Assembly: GCA_965219445.1 (NCBI GenBank)
Contig: CBDCNQ010000001.1
Coordinates: 32,001-96,000 of the forward strand
Reading direction: 5' to 3'
Length of the DNA: 64,000 nt
Origin: Longimicrobiales bacterium
GTDB lineage: Bacteria > Gemmatimonadota > Gemmatimonadetes > Longimicrobiales > Gaopeijiaceae
Part shown: one piece after another, positions 9,858-19,162 of the stretch
Layout: every line of letters begins with the position of its first letter
Position numbering within the stretch: position 1 is the stretch's first letter
Translations under genes and position numbers: made by a program
Notes under the pieces: generated by a model
Told to the model about the DNA's origin: nothing
The model's input: only the letters and a program-made list of their open reading frames with translations
Database searches by the model: none

Positions 9858-10570
9858 GCCGGATCCGCCACCGCGGCTTGGTATAACGCCTCGAACCCGG
9901 AGAGGTCCAGACTCCCAGAGTCCGTCACAGACGAGAAGCGCCCTTGAACTTGAATGGCGACTCGATCGGCCAACTCCAATCCCTGTATTAGGTTATGCGT
10001 TACCAGAACTACCGTATGTCGTCCGTCTTTCAGTGACGCCAGCTGCTCCCGGAGGACGCCCGAAGCGTGCGGGTCGAGTCCGGTGTAGGGCTCGTCCAGG
10101 AGCAACACCTCGGGATCATGAAGGAGCGCCCGTGCGAGCGCCACGCGCTGTTTGAGTCCGCGAGACAGATCACGCACCGGTGTCCGTCCCCGATCCGAGA
10201 GTCCCAGGGACGCCAGTCGCTCCGGAATCCGCGTCTTCATATCGGTAAGTCCGAACAGCCCGCCGTAGAACCGTAGGTTCTCCTCGATGCTGAGTTGACC
10301 GTACAGGAGCGACTGGTGGGATACGATTCCTACACGATGTCTCCAGTCCCGACTCGCCACATCAGCAGGTGCTCCCGCTACCCGAACCTGCCCCGAGGTC
10401 GGCTTCATCACGCCGCCGAGCATTCGCAGAAGTGTCGTCTTGCCAGCCCCGTTGGGTCCAAAGACCGTGAGCAACTCACCGGGCTGGAGTTGGAAGCTTA
10501 CACCGTCGACCGCACGGAGCCCCCCGAAAGTACGAACGAGCCCTTGCGCCTCTAGCCCGAAACTCAACAC
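9854..10570 (-). CDS. ccmA: Heme ABC exporter ATP-binding protein CcmA
   Basis: GPNGAGKTT, LSRG and LLLDEPYTGLD motifs; coupled to ccmB. Confidence 0.9.
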   Translation of the reverse strand: MLSFGLEAQGLVRTFGGLRAVDGVSFQLQPGELLTVFGPNGAGKTTLLRMLGGVMKPTSGQVRVAGAPADVASRDWRHRVGIVSHQSLLYGQLSIEENLRFYGGLFGLTDMKTRIPERLASLGLSDRGRTPVRDLSRGLKQRVALARALLHDPEVLLLDEPYTGLDPHASGVLREQLASLKDGRHTVVLVTHNLIQGLELADRVAIQVQGRFSSVTDSGSLDLSGFEALYQAAVADPA

Positions 10571-10580
10571 TCCACCCTAG

Positions 10581-10804
10581 GAAGGCTGTTGAAGGAGTAC
10601 AGTGGGTCGCGTTGCGGTGCCACGGCCCTAGCTCCTAGGCGGAGCGACGACGCCATAGCCGTAGCTACGGTTAGGAGCTCCAACAACGGGGGCACCGCGC
10701 GAAGCGTGGTCGGGGCCGTGCCACCGCAACCCTTCAACTTTTATGGTCATATCATTCATGCTCGTGGGCACAGGGCGACCCGCTGAACTTCTTCAACAGC
10801 CTTC
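10581..10804 (+). mobile_element. MITE/REP-like element, copy 1 (internally shortened)
   Basis: Ends GAAGGCTGTTGAAG...CTTCAACAGCCTTC. The interior is near-identical to the copies at 29.4, 45.2 and 55.1 kb. Confidence 0.85.
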
Positions 10805-11313
10805 TAAACCGACTCGGAGTTGCCTGCGGTGGTGGCCATTCCGTCTAACGACCGGCCGCAGCCCGTGCAGAATCGACTCTTCTTGACGTTCAGGTGGCCG
10901 CAGGCCGGGCAAGTCCGGCCCTGCGCGATCCCCCTACGCACACGGGCGATCTCGGCTTCGAGGCTCTTCACGGCGGGGTCGGGAGCCCTACCCTTGGCAG
11001 ACCTGGCGGCGGCATCCGAGGCTTGGCCGTCGTTGGCGGTGTTACCAGCAACACCCGTATCCTGCATGGCTTCCAACGCCTGACGAGCTAGATCGGACTT
11101 TATGATCTGGTAGTCCGCCTGGTCGAGCTTCCCAGAGCGGAAATCGTATTCGGCGTCCCGAAGTCCTCGGAGTGCGGCCTGTTTACGCGCGTCGGCCTCG
11201 GTGACCTCGTCGTCCGAGCGCTCCATGGCGGCCCAATCCCCCCGTAGGAGGGGAAGCAGGACGAAGAGGATCACGCCAGCCGAGACGAGCGTCATCCCAA
11301 CGATCAACCCCAC
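10804..11313 (-). CDS. Ccm-associated membrane protein (CcmI-like N-terminus) with C-terminal zinc ribbon
   Basis: N-terminal TM segment, LRDAEYDFRSGKL, and CPACG...FCTGCG. Confidence 0.75.
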   Translation of the reverse strand: MGLIVGMTLVSAGVILFVLLPLLRGDWAAMERSDDEVTEADARKQAALRGLRDAEYDFRSGKLDQADYQIIKSDLARQALEAMQDTGVAGNTANDGQASDAAARSAKGRAPDPAVKSLEAEIARVRRGIAQGRTCPACGHLNVKKSRFCTGCGRSLDGMATTAGNSESV

Positions 11314-11314
11314 G

Positions 11315-13366
11315 TCAGCCGCCTCGGGCGGCCAAAGCGGGCCGTTTGCCTCCAGTCTGCGGGCGCGATGCCGTCTTGGTGGACCCTCGGGACGGCCAGA
11401 GTCCGATGATCGATCCCAGCGTAACGATGAAGCCGCCGTACCAGATCCACGCCACCATTATGTTGACCTGCACCTCGAACGTCGCGCGCTGGGCCTGAGC
11501 TTCATTCTCGAAGGCTCCATCGAGATCATTGACGTTTTCGAGAATCAGGTAGAGGTCCTCCATGAACGTCGGACGGATTCCCACGATTGTGAGCGGCGCT
11601 TCCCATTTGACGTACAAGCGCTTCTCCGCCGTGAGCGACCCGATCGGGCGGCCGTCTTTTTCGACGGTCATCAGGGCCACAGCCTGACGCACCATGTTCT
11701 GGCCGCGAGGCGAGGAAAGTCCTTGGTACGTGAGCGTGTATTCGTGCCCAAAGGGGGACTCGATGGCGACCGTTTCGCCCGGATCGAGCGTCTGCACGAG
11801 TTCGCGGTCGAACGCGGCGCCTGCAAACGCGGTGAAAATCATTACGACCCCGACGTGGACGATGTACCCCCCCCAGCGGCGCCGATTCCGGCTCACGAGG
11901 TGGAGGAAGGCCAAGAAATGACCCTCGCCCTCGATGCTGGCCCGTGCCTTGGTCCCCTTCACGAACTCGACGATGATGATGGTCATCACGAAGGCCGACA
12001 GACCGAACGTCACCAGAGCCATGCCGTGGTGGACACCCCGCAAGAACAGCCCGGCAACGACCGTCAAAGCCACGACGACCGGCATGGAAAAGTTTCTTAC
12101 GAGATTGCGTCGAGAGGCCCTTCGCCATGCGATGACCGGTCCGATACCCATCAAGGCAAGGAGTGCCAGGCCGATGGGCAAGTTCACCCGCTCGAAGAAC
12201 GGCGGACCCACCGTCATCGCCTGTCCTGTAAGGCCCTCGGTGATGAGCGGGAAAAGGACTCCCCAAAGGATCGTGAAGGCCACGCCCAGGAGGATGAGGT
12301 TGTTGAACAGAAATGCCGCTTCTCGGGACAGAAACGACTGGATCTGGTTTTCGCTCTTGAGCAGTGGGTACCGCCATGCGATCAGCAGGACGCAGAGCCC
12401 GGCCATAAACCCCATGAACGCGAGGAAGATGAAAGCAATCCTCGTGTTCTCGGCGAACGTATGAACCGACTCGATCAGGCCCGACCGCGTCAGGAAGGTG
12501 GCGAAAATCGTCAGTAGGAACGTGAGGGCCACCAGGCCCATGTTCCAAACTTTGAGCATCCCCCGGTTTTCCTGAATTTGGATCGAGTGGAGGAACGCGG
12601 TCGCGGTCAGCCAGGGCAACAAGGAAGCGTTTTCCACTGGGTCCCAGAACCAAAATCCACCCCAGCCGAGCATCTCGTACGCCCAACGCATGCCGAAGAT
12701 GATGCCGTTCGCCAAAAAGAACCACGACAGGAGGATCCATCGCCGAGTGATCACGAGCCAGCGCGAATCCAATTTCCCGGTGAGCAATGCCGACATGGCG
12801 AAAGCGAACGGAATCGTGAACGCGGTGAATCCCAGGTAAAGCGTGGGCGGATGAATCGTCATCCAGTAGTTCTGAAGCTGCGGATTGAGCCCCCGTCCAT
12901 CCGCCGGCGCAAAGGGCAGCCTCTCAAACGGATTCACTTCGGCGAAGAGCAGCACCACCAGGAAAAAGCTGATAATCGAAAGAAGCACGCCTACCACGTA
13001 CGGCATGAACTCTCGGTTCTTCGTCCGGTTCGTGAAGACCGCCGCGGAGGAGAAGAAGGAAAGGACCACCGCCCACAACACCAAGGAACCGCGCTGCCCA
13101 GCCCACAGGCCCGCGACCTTGTAGAAGGTTGGCAGCTCACGGTTGGAGTAGTTGGCGACGTACCAGAAGTCGAAACGATCCGTCAGGAAGGCGGTCATGA
13201 TCCCGGCGGATGTCAGGACCAGAAGGAGGAAAACCGCGTAGACGCTATACTCGGCACTCAGAACGAGGTCGCCACGCCCCTTACGTCCGCCCACGAACCC
13301 GGCGACCGCTCCCCAGATTCCGATTGGAAGTGCAATCCAGAGAGCGAGCTCTCCGAGGAGTGTCAC
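11315..13366 (-). CDS. ccmF: Heme lyase CcmF
   Basis: IHPPTLYLG, WGGFWFWDPVENAS and SVHTF motifs. The GTG start overlaps the ccmE stop. Confidence 0.95.
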   Translation of the reverse strand: MTLLGELALWIALPIGIWGAVAGFVGGRKGRGDLVLSAEYSVYAVFLLLVLTSAGIMTAFLTDRFDFWYVANYSNRELPTFYKVAGLWAGQRGSLVLWAVVLSFFSSAAVFTNRTKNREFMPYVVGVLLSIISFFLVVLLFAEVNPFERLPFAPADGRGLNPQLQNYWMTIHPPTLYLGFTAFTIPFAFAMSALLTGKLDSRWLVITRRWILLSWFFLANGIIFGMRWAYEMLGWGGFWFWDPVENASLLPWLTATAFLHSIQIQENRGMLKVWNMGLVALTFLLTIFATFLTRSGLIESVHTFAENTRIAFIFLAFMGFMAGLCVLLIAWRYPLLKSENQIQSFLSREAAFLFNNLILLGVAFTILWGVLFPLITEGLTGQAMTVGPPFFERVNLPIGLALLALMGIGPVIAWRRASRRNLVRNFSMPVVVALTVVAGLFLRGVHHGMALVTFGLSAFVMTIIIVEFVKGTKARASIEGEGHFLAFLHLVSRNRRRWGGYIVHVGVVMIFTAFAGAAFDRELVQTLDPGETVAIESPFGHEYTLTYQGLSSPRGQNMVRQAVALMTVEKDGRPIGSLTAEKRLYVKWEAPLTIVGIRPTFMEDLYLILENVNDLDGAFENEAQAQRATFEVQVNIMVAWIWYGGFIVTLGSIIGLWPSRGSTKTASRPQTGGKRPALAARGG

Positions 13367-13791
13367 CCGAGCAGTTCCTCTGGCGTAGCTTCGTAGCGGC
13401 TGCCGCACTTCGCAAGCACGACCGTGGCTTCGAATACGCCATCCTCCCGGAAGCGACCCTCGACGACCACGTCTACAACGTCCGTGTCGTTGAAGGTATC
13501 GGGGAGCATGTCTCTGAACTCCACGGGAAAGCGCACCGATTCGTTTTCGAGATCGACGACCGTGAAGCGGTGCAGCAGTTCGTCTTCGGCCCGAGTCCAC
13601 GAGCCTAACTCGACCCGTCCACTCACCTTGACACCGACCTCATGGAATGTCGGATCGTTCGCCACACGGGCCATGAGCTCCACGGGCGTGAGGTAATACA
13701 ACATGGTCTCGCTGACGCCGGTCCAGATAAGGTACGTGACGACCAAGGCCACACCCCCCAATCCGACGAAAAATTTGCCATTGTCTTTCAT
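13363..13791 (-). CDS. ccmE: Heme chaperone CcmE, CxxxY variant
   Basis: YYLTPVEL, LPDTF and VLAKCGSRY (Cys in place of His). Confidence 0.92.
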   Translation of the reverse strand: MKDNGKFFVGLGGVALVVTYLIWTGVSETMLYYLTPVELMARVANDPTFHEVGVKVSGRVELGSWTRAEDELLHRFTVVDLENESVRFPVEFRDMLPDTFNDTDVVDVVVEGRFREDGVFEATVVLAKCGSRYEATPEELLG

Positions 13792-13840
13792 GATGAGCGG
13801 CTCGGTACGTGTTAGATGGACGCGTGGCGCACTCCGCCTC

Positions 13841-14050
13841 TTACGTTGGAATATAGACGCGCTTCGAGGCAGCGCAATCCACCGACCGGGTACCAACGAC
13901 AGGTCGTCGGAACCCCTTCATCCTGATGATAGGCGCTTTCGGCACCCTGAGTTCCCCACCTGCCGCCGCCGTACGGGGTTCTTGGCCTAGAGCCGGTCCA
14001 GCGCCCACCGCCAGTAGGAAAACCGTGGAACTCAGGTATCGGTGTGTCAT
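13841..14050 (-). CDS. Small hypothetical protein with signal-like N-terminus, possibly a gene remnant
   Basis: ATGA overlap with the gltB stop; hydrophobic FLLAVGAGPALG-Q segment. Confidence 0.4.
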   Translation of the reverse strand: MTHRYLSSTVFLLAVGAGPALGQEPRTAAAGGELRVPKAPIIRMKGFRRPVVGTRSVDCAASKRVYIPT

Positions 14051-17000
14051 GGATTCACCGTCAAGCTGGGTGCCGTGGGCACGTTGGGGGAGGCCTGGGC
14101 GGGCAGCGACTCATCCACGAGGCCCACTTCTTCTCTCAGGCTTCGGAGTTGGTTGCCAACCTCTGACATGGGGTCCACCTGACCAGGCACGGCCTGGGGA
14201 ACAACCTTTCGGAACTTGGGCAAAACTACCTCCCACGCACCGAGGAGCTCCTGGGCACGCCTCGAGCCCGTTCGCTCATAATGGCGCTCGATCATGGTCT
14301 TCAACAACTCCATGTCCTGAGCGTGCGCCACGGCCTGTATTTCGACGAGGTCGTGGTTCACGCGGGACGGAAGGTCACCGAATTCATCGAGCACGTATGC
14401 CAACCCATTCGACATACCTGCCCCCAGATTGCGGCCCGTGTCACCGATGATGACGACGACCCCTCCGGTCATGTATTCGCAGGCGTGGTCTCCGACGCCC
14501 TCCACAACCGCCCGGCCGCCCGAGTTTCGCACGCCGAATCGCTCGCCCGCGCCCCCGGAGACAAACAGATCGCCACCCGTCGCCCCGTAGAGCACGGTGT
14601 TCCCCACGAGCGTCGCCTTCTGCTCCAGGAACCGGGAGCCGGGCGGTGGGCAAACCGTGATTTCCCCCCCGCTCATCCCCTTGGCCACGTAATCATTCGC
14701 CTCGCCGACAAGGCCCAGGCGGACCCCGTTGGCGAGCCAGGCGCCGAACGACTGTCCCGCCGACCCCCGGAAGAGCAGGTCGATGGATCCTGGTGGCAGT
14801 CCCCCGTCCCCATGCACCTGAGCGATGCGTCCGGAAATCCGGCCCCCCACCGTGCGATCCCGATTCAGAATCTCGTAGGAGCCCCGGAAAGTGCCTCCAT
14901 CCTCGATGGCACTCCCGATATCTTCCAGGATCCGGTCATCCAGTGGGCTGCCGGGCCGGTCGTTACGTTCTTGGACCACATGGGCCGGCCCGCCCGACGT
15001 CCTCGTGATCATCTTGGAGAGGTCGACGCCACGCCAACGGTCACCCTCCGCCCCCTCGATTTGCTTCAGCAGATCGGCCCTGCCGATCACGTCATCGAGC
15101 CGCTCATAACCGAGCGTAGCGAGGATCTCCCGCACGTCCTCACCCACGTGGGTGAGAAACTGGATCACCATCTCCGGCGTGCCGAAATACTTCTCTCTGT
15201 ACTCTTCGGCCTGCGTCGCAATTCCCACGGGGCAGGTATTGAGGTGGCACTGGCGCGCCATCTTGCACCCGATCGCGATGAGCGCCGCGGTCCCAAAGCC
15301 GTAGCGGTCGGCGCCGAGCAGGGCCGCAACCACGACGTCCTTCCCCGTATGCATGCCCCCATCAGTGCTGAGGATCACCCGGCCGCGAAGCCCATTCATC
15401 ATGAGCGTCTGCTGAGTCTCGGCCAGCCCGAGCTCCCACGGAATACCCGCGTACTTTATCGAGGTGAGCGGTGAGGCACCGGTACCGCCATCCGCTCCAC
15501 TGATCTGGATGACGTCGGCGTAGGCCTTGGCCACGCCCGCCGCAATCGTGCCCACCCCTTCCGAAGCGACCAGCTTCACGATGACGCGGGCGGTCGGATT
15601 CACGACCTTGAGGTCGTAGATCAGCTGGGCGATGTCCTCGATCGAGTAGATGTCGTGGTGTGGCGGCGGAGAGATCAAGGGCGTGCCTACGGTGACGTGC
15701 CGCAGCCTGGCGATGTACGCTGAAACCTTGTGGCCGGGAAGTTGTCCACCCTCCCCGGGCTTGGCACCCTGGGCGATCTTGATCTCCAGCTCCTGCGCCC
15801 CGACCAGGTACGCAGGCGTGACCCCGAATCGCCCGGAGGCGACCTGCTTCACCGAGGAATTCGCATCGAGCTTATCACCATCCGGGGTGTAGCGGCGGGG
15901 ATCCTCCCCACCCTCGCCGGTGTTGGCTAGACCTCCTATCCGGTTCATCGCCCTCGCGAGATCCTCGTGAGCCTCTGGGCTCAGTGCACCCAACGACATG
16001 GCTCCGGTCTGGAATCGCTGGGCCACGTCCTCGACGGGTTCGACCCGATCGAGCCCGATCGGATCGCGGTCGGACGAGAGCTCGAGGAGGTCCCGTAGGG
16101 CCGTAGGCGGACGGCTATGGACCAGGTCGCGGTAGGCCTGGTACTCGTCCCGGCCTCCGCCCTGGACCGTCTTGTGCAGAGCGCGCCAGACTTGAGGAGT
16201 GTTCGCGTGGTAATCGCCGTCCCGCCGAAACTTGTACCAGCCGCCTCGCTCGAGCTTCTCCGCTGAGTACGCCTGAGTGTGCCGCTCGATCGCGTCCGCC
16301 GCGATGTGGCGGAAGCCGATACCGCCGATGCGTGACCTCGTGGTCGTGAAACAGCGATGGAGGACCTCGTCGCTGAGGCCGAGCACCTCGAAAATCTGGG
16401 CGCCGTGGTAGGAGGAAACCGCGGAGATGCCCATTTTCGACATGACCTTGAGGATCCCCGCATCGGCCGCCTTCCTGTAGTTTGCGATGACTTCATCGAG
16501 TGCCTGGCCGTCGAAATCCCCTGCTGCGACCATGCCTCCCAGGGTCTCGAAAGCGAGGTAGGGACAGATCGCCGAAGCCCCGAACCCGATCAGGGCAGCG
16601 AAATGGTGAACGTCCCGAGCGTCGCCGGCCTCGGCAACGATGCTCGCCCGCATCCGAAGACCCTCGCGGATCAGGTGAAAGTGCACGGTCGAAACCGCCA
16701 GGAGCATCGGGATCGGCGCATGGGATTCGTCGGAAAAGCGGTCGCTGATGACGAGCACCTGGCTCCCGTCGACGACCGCGGCGCTCGCGGCGGTACAGAG
16801 GTCATCGAGCGAGCGCTCGAGGCCTTCGGCCCCGTCCGCCACTGCAAAACACGCCTCGAGTTTGGAGATGGAGAAACCCTCGGGCGTCCCTTCCCAAAGC
16901 TGGACCAACTCCCCTTCACTCATGACCGGACTCATGAGGTGGACGAGGCGTGCGGCCTCCGGCTCCTCCTCCAGAATCGAGTGGCGGCGGCCCAGGTAGG

Positions 17001-18669
17001 TATCGAGCGACATCACGATCTTCTCCCTGAGAGAGTCGATCGGTGGATTGGTCACCTGCGCGAAGCGCTGCCGGAAATAGGTGTAGAGGAGGCGGCCGGG
17101 GCGGTTCAGCGTGGACGGGGGAGTGTCATCACCCATCGAGCCCGTGGGTTCCTTACCGTCGCGTCCCATGGGCGTGAGAACGTATCCGATTTCTTCTTGT
17201 GTGTACCCGTGTAGCGCCTGCAGGCGCAGCAGATCAGGGCCATGCGAAGCGGCCTGATATCGGTTCGGGTCGAGCTCCAGGGCGGGAAGATGATGGAGAT
17301 TCTCGCTCACCCACTTACCGTACGGCCGCTGCGCGGCCATTTCGGCTTTGATTTCATCGTTGTGGAAGAACTGGCGCCGAGCCGTGTCGACGGCAATCAT
17401 CTCACCGGGTCCGACCCTTCCCGACTCCACGATCTCGTTCAGGGGCAGGTCGGCCAACCCGACTTCCGAACTCATGATCACCACGCCGCCGGCCGTGACC
17501 TGATACCGGGCGGGGCGGAGGCCATTACGGTCCATCACGGCAGCGGCCACCGTGCCATCCGTGAATGCGACCGCAGCCGGACCATCCCACGGCTCGGTGA
17601 GACAAGCGTGATACTCGTAGAACTCCCGGAGCTGGGGATCCATGTTGGGCATGCTCTCCCACGCCTCCGGGATCAGCATCGCCATGGCGTGGAGCAGGCC
17701 GCGGCCAGAGGTCGCGAGGAGTTCGAAAGCCTCGTCCAAGGAGGCCGTGTCGGACCCGATGGGATGGATGACCGGGATGAGATCCTCGAGCTTGTCGCCC
17801 CAAAATCGCGAAATGAGCTCGGGCTCGCGCGCCGACATCCAGTTCCGGTTGCCGACGAGCGTGTTGATCTCCCCGTTGTGCGCGATCAAGCGGAACGGCT
17901 GGGCGAGGGGCCAGGTCGCGAGCGTGTTCGTGGCAAACCGCTGATGGAAGAGGGCGATTGCGGACACCGTCCGCTCGTCCTCGAGGTCAGGAAAGAAGCG
18001 GGCGAGGTCGGTCGCGACCATGAGACCCTTATAAACGACCGTCCGCGCGGACATCGAGACTATGTAGCAATCAATGTCCTCCCGCCGGTAACCCGCCTCG
18101 GCCCGCGCACGAGCGAGGTAGAGCGTTCGGTCGAACTCGGCGCTCGACATGCCCGAAGGCCTCTCGAGAAAGAGTTGCTCGATCCCAGGAAGAGACTTCA
18201 GGGCCGAGGCGCCAAGCACAGACGGGTCCGTCGGGACGACTCTCCAGCCGAGGGCCACGATGCCCGTCCGGACCACCGCGTCCTCCAGGATGGCGCGGGA
18301 TCGTTCACGCATTTTGGTTTCTGTGGGCAAGAAGACCATCGCTGTTGCGAGCCGCGACAGGTCGCTCTCGTCCATGCCCATGCGGGCGGCGTCCTCACCC
18401 AACAGCTCATGAGGAAGCTGAAGTGTCACGCCCGCACCGTCTCCCGATGCCGCGTCGGCTGAAACAGCGCCCCGGTGCGTGAGGTTCGCCACCGAGTGCA
18501 CCGCCAGCTCTACAATCTCATGTGTTCGCTCACCGTCGATCTTGACGATGAAACCGGTCCCACAGCCGTCGTGCTCGAACGCCGGGTTATAAAGAGGCGG
18601 CGGGTTCGAGGGGGACCAGTCGGCCCCCGACGGCGACCCTTCGTGTCCAGTACTCAACTTCCGAGGCAT
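14047..18669 (-). CDS. gltB: Glutamate synthase large subunit
   Basis: EHDGCG N-terminal Ntn cysteine, HNGEINT, QGAKPGEGGQLPG and the GCKMARQCHLNTCP [3Fe-4S] motif. RBS AGGAG. Confidence 0.97.
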   Translation of the reverse strand: MPRKLSTGHEGSPSGADWSPSNPPPLYNPAFEHDGCGTGFIVKIDGERTHEIVELAVHSVANLTHRGAVSADAASGDGAGVTLQLPHELLGEDAARMGMDESDLSRLATAMVFLPTETKMRERSRAILEDAVVRTGIVALGWRVVPTDPSVLGASALKSLPGIEQLFLERPSGMSSAEFDRTLYLARARAEAGYRREDIDCYIVSMSARTVVYKGLMVATDLARFFPDLEDERTVSAIALFHQRFATNTLATWPLAQPFRLIAHNGEINTLVGNRNWMSAREPELISRFWGDKLEDLIPVIHPIGSDTASLDEAFELLATSGRGLLHAMAMLIPEAWESMPNMDPQLREFYEYHACLTEPWDGPAAVAFTDGTVAAAVMDRNGLRPARYQVTAGGVVIMSSEVGLADLPLNEIVESGRVGPGEMIAVDTARRQFFHNDEIKAEMAAQRPYGKWVSENLHHLPALELDPNRYQAASHGPDLLRLQALHGYTQEEIGYVLTPMGRDGKEPTGSMGDDTPPSTLNRPGRLLYTYFRQRFAQVTNPPIDSLREKIVMSLDTYLGRRHSILEEEPEAARLVHLMSPVMSEGELVQLWEGTPEGFSISKLEACFAVADGAEGLERSLDDLCTAASAAVVDGSQVLVISDRFSDESHAPIPMLLAVSTVHFHLIREGLRMRASIVAEAGDARDVHHFAALIGFGASAICPYLAFETLGGMVAAGDFDGQALDEVIANYRKAADAGILKVMSKMGISAVSSYHGAQIFEVLGLSDEVLHRCFTTTRSRIGGIGFRHIAADAIERHTQAYSAEKLERGGWYKFRRDGDYHANTPQVWRALHKTVQGGGRDEYQAYRDLVHSRPPTALRDLLELSSDRDPIGLDRVEPVEDVAQRFQTGAMSLGALSPEAHEDLARAMNRIGGLANTGEGGEDPRRYTPDGDKLDANSSVKQVASGRFGVTPAYLVGAQELEIKIAQGAKPGEGGQLPGHKVSAYIARLRHVTVGTPLISPPPHHDIYSIEDIAQLIYDLKVVNPTARVIVKLVASEGVGTIAAGVAKAYADVIQISGADGGTGASPLTSIKYAGIPWELGLAETQQTLMMNGLRGRVILSTDGGMHTGKDVVVAALLGADRYGFGTAALIAIGCKMARQCHLNTCPVGIATQAEEYREKYFGTPEMVIQFLTHVGEDVREILATLGYERLDDVIGRADLLKQIEGAEGDRWRGVDLSKMITRTSGGPAHVVQERNDRPGSPLDDRILEDIGSAIEDGGTFRGSYEILNRDRTVGGRISGRIAQVHGDGGLPPGSIDLLFRGSAGQSFGAWLANGVRLGLVGEANDYVAKGMSGGEITVCPPPGSRFLEQKATLVGNTVLYGATGGDLFVSGGAGERFGVRNSGGRAVVEGVGDHACEYMTGGVVVIIGDTGRNLGAGMSNGLAYVLDEFGDLPSRVNHDLVEIQAVAHAQDMELLKTMIERHYERTGSRRAQELLGAWEVVLPKFRKVVPQAVPGQVDPMSEVGNQLRSLREEVGLVDESLPAQASPNVPTAPSLTVNP

Positions 18670-18678
18670 ACATCTCCT

Positions 18679-18713
18679 GATCTATAATCTTGAGTCTTTA
18701 ATCTTTAGTCTTT
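18679..18713. repeat. Five imperfect tandem 7-mers
   Basis: Minus strand reads AAAGACT AAAGATT AAAGACT CAAGATT ATAGATC, immediately before the gltB RBS. Confidence 0.8.
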
Positions 18714-18739
18714 CCCAATCCATCCCAGACGATCATACC

Positions 18740-18776
18740 AAACAAAAAACGGCCCCCCCCACATTGGAGAAGGCCG
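18740..18776 (-). terminator. Intrinsic terminator in the gltB 5' leader (attenuator)
   Basis: RNA CGGCCUUCUCC-AAUGU-GGGGGGGGCCG-UUUUUUGUUU. Three G-U pairs mean the stem forms fully only on the gltB sense strand. Confidence 0.8.
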
Positions 18777-18784
18777 CTCGAGGA

Positions 18785-18992
18785 ACCGAAATTACCTGCT
18801 CAGCTCACCCGCATGCGTCTCCATTGCGGAGCCCACTTCGGCCTCGCTTTCGAGATTCGGGGCAAGTGCGTGCTGGTACGGGTGACTTCGGTGAACGGCG
18901 AACGCTCATCGGATTCTTACCTGAGACGACCCAATTGCGAGGACCTACCAGGCACTTTCACTTGCTCTCCATGGGGGCGCAGGCCCCGACAA
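18785..18992 (-). ncRNA. Candidate structured cis-regulatory leader RNA with two tandem units
   Basis: Nested stems paired by eye. Both units carry CAGGUAA just before their closing strand. The region lies directly upstream of the terminator. Confidence 0.5.
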
Positions 18993-19162
18993 TCTGTCTG
19001 TACTTGCCGATCCCGCCGGAATGTCTGCACCGGTGGCACCTAGACAAGTTTCGCGAGGGAATCAATGAGAATAGGACCTTCGTGCCTCAACAGCAAGTAG
19101 CGTGCGCGTCGGAAACACACTCTCCACCCTCCCGGCGGCCGCCGAAATGAGCGGCCCGTACC

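Noticed and set aside
10589..10786. Repeated small ORFs (RRSDDAIAVA...) at 10589, 29445 and 55106 as a peptide family
   Set aside because: They are translations of the repeat element, and their starts, frames and ends differ between copies.
11201..18462. Long antisense ORFs (11201-12517, 14281-15474, 17242-18462 and similar ones elsewhere)
   Set aside because: Shadow ORFs opposite well-supported genes, expected from GC-rich codon bias.
18805..18909. Leader peptide MSVRRSPK...DACG upstream of gltB
   Set aside because: No clear RBS and no run of Glu/Gln codons; it overlaps the predicted stems.
18785..18975. Tandem glycine riboswitch (GGAGAG, CCGAAG and CUCAGGUAA words are present)
   Set aside because: The words are not in the required order within one aptamer: unit 1 lacks CCGAAG and unit 2 lacks a leading GGAGAG. 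An Rfam scan is needed to exclude it fully.
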